Shown: piece by piece, positions 12,423 to 24,800 of the stretch
How positions within the stretch are numbered: the stretch's first letter is position 1
Layout of the letters: the number at the start of each line of letters is the position of its first letter
Source: Chiloscyllium plagiosum
Taxonomy: Eukaryota
Assembly: GCF_004010195.1 (NCBI RefSeq)
Contig: NC_057718.1
Span: 81,353,912 to 81,402,002, forward strand
Length of the DNA stretch: 48,091 nt
Reading direction: 5' to 3'
The notes under the pieces: generated by a model
Seen by the model: only the letters and a program-made list of their open reading frames with translations
The model's database searches: none
Told to the model about the DNA's origin: nothing
Translations under genes and position numbers: made by a program

Positions 12423-14843
12423 TGCTTCACCATATTCTGGATGCAAAAATAGATTGTATGATAAAAGTCAAATATGTGAATAGATTAGTGTTGTGTTCAG
12501 TATCATAAAAACTTTCTATAAAAAACACAAAGGATACAATACCCCATGCAGCTAACAAGGGGATCAGTGGATCATTGTTGGAACATTCTGCATTTTTTAG
12601 TCACTAAATACCTATGAATGGATTATTTTGGGCAATGCACTGTTGATCCTCTAGTAAGTTGAGGACTAGCTGGGAGCATGGAGGTCTCAACAATCCTTCT
12701 ATATACTCAGTGAGTAGGTGTAAGCCCATCTTAGTATGCCATCAAAACAATTCTTGTTGCACACCATTAACAGATGGGTGGATAATGGAAAAATTGAGTA
12801 GTAGCATTCTAATTTTTTTACATAACTTCTACATATTGTGTGATCTAACTTGTGCAATGGTCGGTGCAAATTTCCAGTTATCTTAATGTCAGAATACGTT
12901 TCTCATTCAGATCAGTGACTGTTGGCCACTAGGATATGCGCACAAAAGCTGATCCCTTTTGTAACTTAATTTTCCATCGCTAATGCTAGGAAAGTGCTAC
13001 TGACACAAAACAACCCAGTTATAAGTTTCCATTATTGCCTCCAGGAATATTTGCATTATTTTATGCTACACTGAAGTGTAGCTCAAAGTCTGGTGTTGTG
13101 TTGCCATCATCACTGTATGCACTGCAACAAATCCAGTATGATGCTCAGATGTCATATTGACCAGAATTTGTAGTAACAAGTTCAGATAAATTTGAAAATA
13201 GCTCACATGATGCTAGCAAAGCAAAAGTTATCTAACATGAGTTACTGAGTTCAAATTAATTTAAATTATATTAAGATTTCCTTATCTTGTTCTTAAAGCT
13301 CTGCTTGCATTGCTTTCATGTCTGAAAATGTTGGCAATACATTGTCTAAATGTCCAGCTCAACCATGGAAGCTCTTCCTGATTATAATTTAGCATTGCTT
13401 TCCTATCTGTGCTAAAAGCATGTTCTGCTTCACAAAGACAATTGCGCTATGTCTGACCAAATCTGATATATTCCTATCATTAACTAATACATTATTGAAA
13501 CGTGGATGTTTCATGTAATCACTTTTTACTGAAGAAAAATACAAAAAAAAACTTTATTTTGGAACGTTGTTATAATTACTCAAAAAAAATTGTATATATG
13601 AATTAACAAAAAAGGTTAAATATCAAAGGTTCCAATTAATTTTAGGAATATGAATTATAACAAAGGTTTTGACTATAATTATGTAATGAAAATCCATGCA
13701 TATTAATAAGTATTCAAAATATTTCCTGGGCATTTGTTAAAAAGGCTTTGGTAAATTTTCTGTATTTTAAAAAAAAAAGAATTTTTTTCATATTGAACTT
13801 GTTATTTTGTTGCCTTTATTTTGAAACATTGGTTTTATTTTGCCAGCTGTTTGGAATCTGTTCGACTTTACAAAGTGTTCCTTTAAAAGTGCATGGAATT
13901 ACAAACAGTGACAAAAACAATTTAATTTTCAACATAACATTCACTTATGCAGACTGATATATGAAAGGTTTTTAATTTTTATATAAAGAGAACTCTCTGG
14001 AAAACTAATTATTTGAGACTCTGACCATAGTTAAATTAACAACTTAATGGCAAATCCTGAGGCAACAGCTGGAAGACTTAATTTTTCCACTTTTCCCCTC
14101 GATGCAATATGAAATGTGTTGTTTCTCAAAGCATCAATGAAATATGGAACTTTATAAATTTGTGGTGTTCAGAAATCCAGATTTTAAGAAATAGCACTGC
14201 TAGGTACTCAACAGGTTTTGTGTGCTTGAATTCATTCATGTGAATTGGATAGGAATTGGATAAAATGTAAAAAGATGCTCAGAATTCCACAAAAGCGTCT
14301 TGCATATTTGTTGTTAACTGTGTAGCAGCCCAGAGCCATGTTTAACAATAACAGAATGCTGTTAGACTGGTCACATGAGGAGAGTGTGCAGTCATCCGAC
14401 TATTTCAAGTTGAGCTCTCATCAAAGAGTCTTTGTTATTGGTCTCTCACTGGCAATTCTAAGTCTGCATTTATCCCAGTCTTCGAAAAATAATAGGCCAA
14501 TGGTGGCCCTAAAAGAAAAGCGAAGAAAAAGCTTCCCGGCACTTCTTGCCTGCAGGCTACTGCAGGAGCTGAAAACAAGTGTGACCTAAAGAATATGTTT
14601 GTCCTAGTACAAAACCGTTTACAATCTTTCTTTTGTTCTGTTTCATATGATTAACATTTATTATTACTTGAGCTTTTGAAACTGTCAAATAAGGAATAGA
14701 CTTGGGCACAGAACAGTCAAAATCTGAAAACATAGGAATCATCTTTAAATTGTTGAGCATTTTAATATTGGTTCTCTCAGTTAAGTAGACAATGTAATCT
14801 TGAAAAGACTGTCATTTTCTCTGTCTTGACTGACAAGTTAGAG

Positions 14844-15045
14844 TTTTTTTTATTTCAAAAATATACTTTATTCATAAAAATATCTTTAAATACATAGTCA
14901 CTAAAACATTCTGTTCTGTACGGTAGTACGTTGAGAAACAAACAAATGTTGGAGTTTGACTTTATCCAACAAAATAAACCCAAGGTATTTCTTAATTATA
15001 CAAGGCTATATTTACATGCATTTCATAACAAGGGTCATAATTTCC
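14844..15045 (-). mobile_element. Possible poly(A)-ended 3' tail of an L1/Tx1-type LINE
   Basis: A T-run followed by atttcaaaaatatactttattcat gives a minus-strand AATAAA just before an A tail. No coding motif seen. Confidence 0.3.
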
Positions 15046-15046
15046 A

Positions 15047-16062
15047 ATTACTGCCCGAGCAGGGATAAGAAAATTAGGGAAGTAAACACGTGGCTAAGGG
15101 AGTAGTGTGGGAAAGAGGGGGTTCCCATTTCATGGGCTATTGGTATCAGTTTTGGAACCGGGAGGGATCTGTACCGATGGGATGGCCTCCACCTGAACCG
15201 ATCTGGAACCAGTGTTCTAATGAAAAGGATAAATAGGGTGGTCACTAGGACTTTAAACTGGTGAGTCAGATGGAAAGCGACAGGAAGTGTGATGGTGATT
15301 AAAAAGGTAAGCAGCAGGTTAGCATGTTTGCAGGAGGGTTTAAGTATAATGCAGACTGTGAAAGAATGAAAAGGAAGGATAACTCAGGAGATATTATTAG
15401 AGATGTTGGAAATTATGAGGGTAAGAAAACTAGCATAAGGGCACTTTACCTGAATGCTAATGGCATTTGTAACAAAGTTGATGAGTTAACAGCACAAATC
15501 ATTGTGAATGAATATGATTTAGTAGCCATTACGGAGGAGCATGGTCACAATTGGGAGTTAAATATCCAGGGGTATCAGACTATTTACCAGAGGAGATTTA
15601 CCAGGATGTTGCCTGGAATGGAGAATAGGTTGTACGAGGATAGGTTGAGTGTGCTAGGCCTTTTCTCATTGGAACGGCGAAGGATGAGGGATGACTTGAT
15701 AGAGGTTTATAAGATGATCAGGGGAATAGATAGAGTAGACAGTCATAGACTTTTTCCCTGGGTACAACAGAGTGTTACAAGGGGACATAAATTTAAGGTG
15801 AAGGGTGGAAGGTATAGGAGGGATGTCAGGGGTAGGTTCTTTCCCCAGAGAGTGGTGGGGGCATTGAATGCGCTGCCTGTGGGAGTGGCAGAGTCAGAAT
15901 CATTGGTGACCTTTAAGTGGCAGTTGGATAGGTACATGGATAGGTTCTTAAGCTCGGACAAATGTTCGGCACAACATTGTGGGCCGAAGAGCCTGTTCTG
16001 TGCTGTATTGTTCTATGTTCTATATTTGGAAAGACAAACAAAAAAAATAAAGGGAGTGGTGT
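15047..16062 (+). mobile_element. CR1 LINE fragment: ORF1 esterase C-terminus and ORF2 endonuclease start, interrupted by a nested LINE
   Basis: IREVNTWLRE*CGKEG and DLYRWDGLHLNRSGTSVL are SGNH-esterase ORF1 motifs. ORF2 reads IRALYLNANGICNKVDEL..YDLVAITE..WELNIQGY and resumes at 16023 as FGKTNKKNKGSGV. Confidence 0.9.
15586..16022 (+). mobile_element. 5'-truncated HER1-type CR1 insertion with TATTT target-site duplication
   Basis: QRRFTRMLPGMENRLYEDRLSVLGLFSLERRRMRDDLIEVYKMIRG, then the tail gggccgaagagcctgttctgtgctgtattgttctatgttcta. TATTT sits at 15581-15585 and 16023-16027. Confidence 0.9.
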
Positions 16063-16637
16063 ACCTCTGGGAGTGGGGGAGGGGGGGTGGGGGTGGTTGC
16101 ACAGGGACCTCTGTCTAATGATGGCACAAGCTTTGTTGGCAGGGAATGGGTGAGCTTTGGTAGGTGGAGAAGGGGTTGAGCTGTTTTTGGCGGTGGGGGG
16201 GCTACTCTGGCGGGGAGGGGTTCATGACTATTTGACAGCAGGGACGTTTTGAGCTCTGGTCCACCTTAGAACGGGATGGAGCTTTGTTTGGCAGCGGGGA
16301 GGGATTGAGTTCGACTTAGTGACAAAGAGGGGTTTGAACACTGTTCTGGGGTAAAAAGCCCTAGTCAGGTCCACACCCCCCACCAACCCAACCTCCACTC
16401 CCGGCACCTTCCCCTGCAACCACAAGAAATGCAAAACTTGCGCCCACACCTCCCCCCTTACTTCCCTCCAAGGCCCCAAGGGAGACTTCCATATCCGCCA
16501 CAAATTCACCTGCACCTCCACACACATCATCTATTGCATCCGCTGCACCCGATGTGGCCTCCTCTATATTGGGGAGACAGGCCGCCTACCTGCGGAATGG
16601 TTCAGAGAACACCTCTGGGACACCCGAACCAACCAAC

Positions 16638-16685
16638 NNNNNNNNNNNNNNNNNNNNNNNNNNNNNNNNNNNNNNNNNNNNNNNN
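16638..16685. other. Assembly gap (48 N)
   Basis: Run of N. Confidence 1.
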
Positions 16686-16904
16686 ACTCAGATTTCTCCA
16701 GTTTCTTCATTTCCCCTCCCCATCTTGTCTCAGTCAAATTCCTAAAACTCAGCAACGCCTTCCTAACCTGCAATCTTCTTCCTGACCTCTCCTCCCCCAC
16801 CCCACTCCGGCCTATCACCCTCACCTTGACCTCCCTCCACCTATTGCATTTCCAACGCCCCTGCCCCAAGTCCCTCCTCTCTACCTGCTGGGCACACTTT
16901 CCTC

Positions 16905-16941
16905 ATTCCTGAAGAAGGGCTTATGCCCGAAACGTCGATTC
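16905..16941 (+). ncRNA. Minimal type I hammerhead ribozyme motif (PLE family C)
   Basis: attc-CTGAAGA-a-GGGC-ttat-GCCC-GAAA-c-GTC-gatt: intact core, 4-bp helix II, palindromic ACGT in place of helix III, weak helix I. Confidence 0.75.
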
Positions 16942-18654
16942 TCCTGTTCCTTGGATGCTGCCTGACCTGCTGCGCTTTTCCAGCAACACATTTTCAACTC
17001 TGATCTCCAGCATCTGCAGTCCTCACTTTCTCCTAAAAAGAGATTAGGAATGGTTTAATACCATCAAGCAAGTGAGTGGGTGAACTGTACAACAGAAATG
17101 GTGGGTGGGTTGGGTTTGGAAGAGGCTCAACATTATCTGGGAAGAACTTACACATCATCCATATCAGCATGGGGAGCTGCTGAACATGTGTCTCAACATT
17201 GCTGTGGCTGTTGAAGCGCTTTGACACTACAGTTTATTTACGATAGTTTCTGCAGTTTCATGCCTACTTGACAAAACTGAACAAAGCTGCCTCAATCCAG
17301 AGTAAATGTAGCAAGACCGTCCCAATCTGTGGAAATGGCCATCTAATTCTGCTGCCACTGCAATCATGGACCTATTGCAGCAAGATGAAGCAGATTTAAA
17401 TGCCTGTATAAGAATTGCGTATGTGTGTACTTCCTTAGGGTTCCAATATGAATCAGTGGCAGTTAAGTTCAAAGCCTTTCCACATATCAGAAGATTTGAT
17501 CATTATATCAGGAAAATCTAGGCACCTTTGAACACTGTTTTTGCTGAACGGTGTTTGGGGTGAAATGAAGCATTATTATTTTCTTTTGCTTTTGAATAAA
17601 GATCACCTAATTCAGTTGTGATAAATAATGAGTTTACAATGAGCGACACTAACTCATTTCCTGCTTAGCTCACTATATTTACTCTGAATACTCCTGTTTG
17701 GTTATTTTTAGGTATTTGACTGGATGGCAGAGCAAACACACACAATTCATGTGCAAACAAGCACGTAAATAGCTGACAAGCAGCTCTTTCTGAATTTGGC
17801 AGGCAGATTTCATTTCCATGATCTATTTTCTGGTGTGCCTATTAATTTGTATTGTTCAAATTATTGACTCAAACTTAAGCTTCTGGAAAGACTGTCCAAG
17901 CAGGCCAATCCTGTTGTTTGTAAAAGTGCGAGAAGGAAAGTATGTAGACAAGTTAGACAAATAATATGAAAGATTTATTATTTCCACTGTTTAAAATAAC
18001 AACATTGTTAATTGTAAACATATACCATCATTGATCAGTCCCCTGTTTGATCATTCTTCAGTACATTTATTTGATTGCCATGGTCTTACCATTGTTGCTT
18101 TCGAAAGAAGTGCAGCTCACCCTCTGCTTACAAAGAAATTGATTCAGTAAGTTAAATCTAAACGAGATCTGCATGTTCATTAACCTGGGCACCTATAGGC
18201 AGTGGAATTGTGTAAACATTCAAAGTCTGAAAACTGTCAACCATGATGCTAGTTTGAGATAAAGAGCCCAAAGATATATTTTAGCTAGAGATGAGGCTTG
18301 GTTTTAAGAGATTAGCACTTTCTTTTCCCCAAAAATACCTTGCCTCCTCGGAATGTGAACGTTGGAGGTGGGGAGGATAATATTGAATTTAAGTACTTAA
18401 AAAAAATCATAAACACTGACCACATGCTTTGATTTAGCTAAATTTATCAACAACAATTGACTATGAAATAGTGATGACTGAAAATGTAAATGTTTTCTCA
18501 TGCTAATGCACTTTGCTTTGTTTGCAATTGTACATGTAAAACAGTTCAGAGTCCTCAGATTTGTATGTGAATTTGGCCAAATATTGAATAGGTGACATTT
18601 CACTGAATCAGATTTAATGTTAAACCACCTCCTACGGTCATTTATATTTATATA

Positions 18655-18866
18655 CAGGTTATATTGCATGTTTCATCAATGCAAATTTGCTGTAACACAA
18701 TTGACGAATTGGGGACATTGTTTCTCAAGCACAAATTTTTAAAATGTGTGTTGGCTGTAGTGCAATTACAGCACCAACATTTTTAAGCGCTGTGTCTAAA
18801 GCACAATTTTCATATAACGTGGGGTTGCACAAGAATGCAGCCATCACATTATAGAAGAACTGACTA
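18655..18866. mobile_element. Tigger-like MITE, copy 3 (left TIR partly deleted)
   Basis: TA|caggtt... with interior attgacgaattggggaca and ggggttgcacaagaatgca, ending ttatagaagaactgacta|TA. Confidence 0.75.
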
Positions 18867-20019
18867 TACACCTTTATCTTGGTAAAAGATTCCAAGTTTT
18901 TTTTAAGTGTCTAATAAAATAAATATATTTAGCATTAAACCACCTATACATTCACCAGCACAAGGTAACCATGGGCTTTGGTATAGTCTGGGAGTAAATA
19001 TTATCATGAATGTTTGAAACAAATCTGCCATGTTTTTAAAGGCATATTTCTACGTTGTTCACATGTACTTTGCTCAACCTTCTATCAACCCTATTTCGTC
19101 CACTATGGACACTTCTTAGTATTGCCATTTTTGTTTATTTTCTCCATGATTTATATTTGCCTTTCTTAGTTTCCTCCCATATTTTACTTTACAGACACAG
19201 ATCTTCTTCAATTTGGACCAAGTTTTGGGCCATTTTGTGCAGATACACATTTCCAAGAACGACACTTTGTGAGGAAGCTCAGCAACCTTATAAGAAAGAT
19301 TTGACATTGTAACCACTTCTTAAATTCAAGATCATGTTATTTGTGCATTGGAATTTTTTTCAATTCAGTACTTTTTGTAATTAAGCTATAGGGAAGCCAA
19401 AAATTCCTTCCATTCTGCCCTTCCCAATCCCTAAAGTATAGTTGAAACAATGGACTTAGTTTCACATTTCACTTTTTTTGTTTGACTAAAATCTAGCATT
19501 AAAGTCCCTGTGTATTTTTATTGTGTTCATTGCATTACCAATGAAACAGTACAAAGTGTTAAAACAATAAACTGTGCTAAAAGTTTTTAATTTTTATTGT
19601 TACACAGAGATGGGAAGTCATGATGAGAAGGGAATATTTTCTCTCTGACACCCACTATCAGCACTGAGCATAATCAGATCAGTTACAAGATACAAGGAGA
19701 ATATGGAAACTGTTGTTCTGTCTTACAACTTCAAAAGATGACGCCTTCCAAAATGCAAAAGGTCCCAGTGACTTGTCAAGTGCCTGTATTAATATGGTTT
19801 TAATTGCTGGACTAATTTATGTTAATGATTCTATTGTCCACAGTGTGACAATATAGGCATGCTGTCACCTTTACTGGTGCTTGCACTTAACTCTTCAGTT
19901 AACTTGAGGAGGTTATTCAGTATTTTATAGGATATATGGCACAGGAACATGTCATGCAGCTGAACCAGTCCATCCTGGTATTCATGCTCCACTCAAGCCT
20001 TTTGCCATCTTTTTCTCAT

Positions 20020-20895
20020 TGTGACAAAACGGTGTATAATTTATATTAAGAGCATTTTGTAATTGGCATTGCAAAACAAAGGAATATGGGTGTTGGTTAT
20101 TTCTGTGAAGGGGTTTCTTTCAAAAAAAGAATGCTTGAAGTCTCATCTAGCTTTCCACCTGGAATGGTGACTAAATCCAGCATTTACCAGAAAGCAGATG
20201 ACTGTAAATCCCTGTGGTGTTTGTGGAAAGATGTTTATATTGTTGTGCTTATGACATATGGGGTAAACATACAAATCAAATAACTTTGTTTTTTCGTTCA
20301 GATGGATCCAGAATGAGTAAGTGGTTTTTTTTAATTCAGTTCAGAAGACACCTGTGTTGATCTTAGAAGCAAGTTCACTTTCTTTCTTAGGAGGGGTTGA
20401 TCACAATTCAGAGACCAGTTAGCTGGGCAGAAGGCTTTTCATTTTGTGAAGTTGCCACACCAGGAGAGCTTACTTAGAAATTTGCAGGTTAATAGGACTG
20501 AGACAATTTGGCTGTCAGATTTACGGAAAATTTCATGCTAACAGATTTGGAAAGCACACTGTCTCCATGATCCATGACAAAGAAACTGTAAGGAGTCAGT
20601 TTGGTAGAACTCTACAGAGTTGAGATAGGAGTATAGTTTCTTTGTAATGGATAGTGCCAGGTAACAAATTAAGGCATTGTTTTGTATTGTGTTCAAGAGT
20701 ATAACTGTTTTATAACATCTAAATAACTTGTTTTTCTCTTGTGTAAATAAACTTGTGTTCTGTTGTTAATCTGCAGCTTTGTGTGAATGTGTTTCAGTGG
20801 CTAATTACCATGTTAACCAACTCAGCAAAATATAGTGACCTACTAAGCCAGATTTCATTTTGGGATCAGACTTGCCCAGTACTACTGGCCACATG
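20020..20895 (+). mobile_element. Probable solo LTR inserted into an old LINE 3' tail (about 19925-20985)
   Basis: Starts TGTGACA and has AATAAA at about 20746. TCAT flanks both sides (20016-20019, 20896-20899), and the host LINE tail resumes afterwards. The terminal CA is 2 nt off the TSD. Confidence 0.45.
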
Positions 20896-20984
20896 TCATC
20901 TAAAATCCATATTGTAACCCATTATTTCCATCTGCCTTGAATGCCTGTGTAGCTTCCATTTAAATCCATTCATGCTATTCCAGT

Positions 20985-21830
20985 TTATTTATTATTCATG
21001 AGATATGGACATTACTGATTAGGCCAGTATTTATTTCCCAATTCAAATTGCCCTAGAGAACGTGGTGGTAGGCTATCTTCTAGCAGTGCCTTCAAGTGGA
21101 CAGTGCTGCTAGGAAGGGTGTTGCAGGATGTTGACCTGTAGCAGTGTAGAAAGTGTCATATAGTGTGTGAAATAAGGATAGTGTACGATTTATAGGCAGA
21201 CATTTGGATGCACACAACTGCTGCCCTTGTCCTTCTATGTACTGTTGAAGGAGCGTTGGTGATATACTACAGTGTGTAGTAAATCACTGTTTCCATGGTG
21301 GAAGGAGTAAATGTTGGAAGTGTGGGCGGGATGCCCAAGTGTTGGCTTCTCTGTCCTGAATCATGTTAAGCTCCTTGAGTATTGCACTATACTTATCCTG
21401 AAAAGTAAAATCTATTCCATCACACTCCTGGCATTTTTGTAGAGACAGGCACTGGGCAGATTGGAGGTGAGTTTACTGCTACAGAATTCCAAGACTCTGA
21501 CCTGCTGTTGTAGCCATTGTACTTATATGGCTGGTCCAATTCAGTTCAGTTTCTGGGCAATTGTAACCCCCCCCAGAAAATTGACACTTGGATGTAGTGA
21601 AGGTAGGGCCATTGAATATCAAGTGATGATGGGTAGGTTCTATCTTTGGAAATGGTCATTGTCTGGCACTTGTGTGGCATGAATGTTATTTGCTACTTGT
21701 CAGTGCAAGTTTAATTTGTTCACACTCACTTCAACTGTGGAATTCAACTCTTTTGTCGGTGTTTGGATTAAGGCATCATGTGATAAGGAGCCGAGTGGTC
21801 CTGACAGACCCCAAACTAAATATCAGTGAA
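20985..21830 (-). mobile_element. Old 3' fragment of the CR1/L2-group LINE family seen at 42838-45955
   Basis: Collinear similarity with 42845-43600 (e.g. tattccatcacactcctg, tgacctgctgttgtagcca, ccattgaatatcaa). Confidence 0.8.
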
Positions 21831-24800
21831 GGTGTGCACACAGTGGGTGTGTGCGTGCACGAGATAGAAAGTGTCCGTGCAGGTGGTGTGTGCATGCACA
21901 AGAGCGAAAATGTCAGCGAGAGAAAATGTGTATGTGGTGAGGGGGAAGTGCGTGCATGAGGGGTTATGTACATGTGTGAGAAAGTGGGTGTGCACAAGGG
22001 AGAAAGCACTCCTGGGACATGAGGGGGATTGCTTGCGAGGGAGGGTGTGTGCGTGGGGGTTGGGTGGGTGCATTCACAAGAGTAGGTGCAAGCGTGAGAT
22101 CGTGGGTGCTTGCGGGATGGGTGCAAGCGTGAGGGGGGGTGTGCTTGCGCAGGATTGTGGGTGCGTGCTGGGTGGGTGCATGCGCAAGATTATGGGTGTG
22201 TGTTGGGTGGGTGCTTGCACGTGAGAGTGTGTATGGGTGCATGTGTGAGACAGAAGATGCGGGGTAGGTGCATGCAGGAGAGAGAAGGTGCATGCAGGGT
22301 GGGTGCATGCAGGAGAGAGAAGGTGCATGCATGCATGCAGGGTGGGTGCATGCAGGAGAGAGAAGGTGCATGCAGTGTGGGTGCATGCAGGAGAGAGAAG
22401 GTGCATGCAGGGTGGGTCTGTGCGTGTGCGTGCATGCAGAAGGCTGTCTGTGCTTGCATGTGGGGGTACAGATATGCGTGTGCGTGCAGGAGTGTGTGCA
22501 TGCACGAAGGATATGTGTGTACGAGGGTGTGCGCATGCGAGAGAGATGGTGTTTGCGCGGTGTGTTGTGTGCGCGTGCGGAGCTGTGCATGCATGAGAGA
22601 TAATGTGTGCGCGCACGGGGGTGCGATCGCATGGCGGGCTGTGTGCATGTACAAGGGGATTCTGTATGTGGAGGTATGTGTGTCTCTGCACACGGGAGTC
22701 CGCACACGTGGGTGAGCGTGTGCATGCGTGAGTGTATGTGTGCACGCACGAGTGTGTGTGCAGGCAGTGGTGTGCATGTGTGGGGGACATGACTGCTGCG
22801 CGTATGCACATGCCTTCTCATGCACAATGTATGTGTGAGAGAGCATGTGCAGGGATTGTGCGCACACATGGGCGAGAAATGGTGCAGGAGCGCACACAGG
22901 CAGGAGATGGTGTGCGTACATGAGGGGCTGTGTGTGTATCTGCATGTGCAGGTGTGCACTCGTGGAGTTGTGCAGGGGTATGTGCACATACAGGGCTGCA
23001 ATTGCATGGGGGCTGTGTGCACGTGTGAGGAAGTGTCTGCAGGGATGCGTGCGTCTGTGCACTTGGGTGTGTACGCATGTGGGTGGGTATCACTACATGG
23101 GGATGTGTGTGTGGGAGTATGTGCAGGCAGTGATGTGTGTGCATGCAGCAGGGGGTGACTGCGCATGAGTGTGTGTGTGCATGCAGCAGGGGGTGACTGT
23201 GCATGAGTGTGTGTGTGCGCGTGCGCACATGCGCAGCAATGTATATGCAAGATTGTGTGTGGTGGGGGTGTGCCTGCATGTGAGAGTGCGCATATGCAGA
23301 GATTTGTATGTATGCATGGGCGAGAGATGGTGTGTGCATGCGCGAGGAGTTGTATGGGGTGTGTGTGTCGGCGCATGCGGAAGCATGTACCTGGCGGGTT
23401 GTGTGTGGGGGATGAACATGGAGGGAGCTGTGCGTAAATGAAAGCATGTATGTGTTGGGGGTGTGTGCGTGCAGGGATGTTCCTGCGCGAGAGATGGTTT
23501 GTGCACATCGGGCTGCAATTGCATGGGGGCTGTGTGCATACACACGGGAGTGTGTGTGTCTGTGTGTGTATGCGGGTGATTGCACATTTGGTGAATGTCT
23601 GTACATTTGGGTGGGTGTCTATGCATGAGGGGGTGGTGTGTGCGGGTGTATGTGCGTGCATGAGAGACTATATGCAGGCAGTGGTGTGTGTGCAAGTGGG
23701 GTGTGTCCATGTGAGAGTGTGTGGAGGGGTCTGTACATGTGTGCAGCAATGCGTGTGTGCATGGATGGGCGAAAGATGGTGTTGTGCATGCGCGTGGACA
23801 TGTGTGCACATGTCAAGGGTTGTGCACAGGGTGTGGGCATGCGGGTGTGTGTATCTGCTCATGTGGGTGTGCCCCCATCTGGGGAATGTGTACACGGGAG
23901 ATGCGCATGTGAGAGGGTGCACGTATGTGAGAGCATTGGGTGTGCGTGTGTGAGAGAGGGTGTGTAGATGAGTGATAGAGTGTATGTGAGCAGGGGTATG
24001 TGCATACTTGAAGGAGTGTGCATACTTGAAGAAGTATGCATGCACAGGTCAGTTTACATAAAGGTGTGTGCGTGCACAAGAGTGCGTCAGTGTGTGCGTG
24101 TGCGAGAGAGTATGTGTGGGTGAATGTGTGCATGCATGAGAGTGTGGGTGCATGGGATTCTATGTCTGGAAGAGTGTGCGTGCACGTGCAATGGTGTGTG
24201 TGAAAGAGAATATATGGGGGTGGTGTGCATGCAGGGGTTGTGTTTGCGAAAATGTGTGCATGGGGGCATGTTCACGCAGATTTGTGCGGGTTGTGTGTGT
24301 GTGCATGTGGGTGTGTTTGAGTACAAGGATATTGTGTATGCATGTCGGTGTCTGAGAGAGAGAATGTCTGTGGGGCTGTGTTCATGCGATGGTTGTGTGC
24401 TCGAGGATGGTGTGTATGTAAGAGAGTGCATGCACAGGGGTGTGTGCGTGCGCATGGGCGGGTGTATGTGCACAAGAATGTGCATGTGCGTGTGGGGAGT
24501 CTGGTGTGTATGCAGGGGTGTTTTTACGAGAGTGTGCATGGGTAATGTTCGTGTGGGTGTGTGCATACAGAGGTGTATGTGCATGCACGAGGATGATGTG
24601 TGTGTGTGTAGAGTGTGTGTGCATGCACAAGAATGGTGTGTGTGAAACTGTGTGGGGGGGTGGTGTGTGCGGAGGATGTGTAGGCGTGCAGATCTGTGCA
24701 TGCACAAAAGATGGCGTGCACGTGACTGAGGTGTGGATGCATGAGGGTGTGTGCATGCTAGGTTGTGTGTGCCTGAGAGAGAATGTATGTGCGAGTGTGC

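Larger units (their letters stand above)
16355..17033 (+). mobile_element. Penelope-like element (family C, Cys-rich linker, Neptune-like): GIY-YIG domain plus pLTR
   Basis: A frame missing from the ORF track reads GTFPCNHKKCKTCAH...FTCTSTHIIYCIRCTRCGLLYIGETGRLPAEWFREH. The pLTR with its hammerhead follows the 48-N gap. Confidence 0.93.

Noticed and set aside
12010..12720. Faint resemblance to an ancient LF-SINE-like element
   Set aside because: Based on patchy remembered similarity only. It needs an nhmmer/Dfam search.
13552..13831. 18-bp imperfect direct repeat ctttattttg(g/a)aac(g/a)ttg about 260 bp apart
   Set aside because: The context is very AT-rich and no element is recognisable between the copies. 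Likely chance.
17140..18200. Two minus-strand donor motifs (about 17147 and 18087) with one open frame each
   Set aside because: Poor polypyrimidine tracts, unrecognisable peptides, and phases that do not fit the 32893 exon.
19160..19312. Plus-strand acceptor-like ttttactttacag followed by open frames
   Set aside because: No convincing donor, no recognisable peptide and no partner exon.
22268..22416. Regularly spaced ~20-bp repeats resembling a CRISPR array
   Set aside because: The 'spacers' are near-identical, so this is a tandem minisatellite. The context is eukaryotic with no cas genes.
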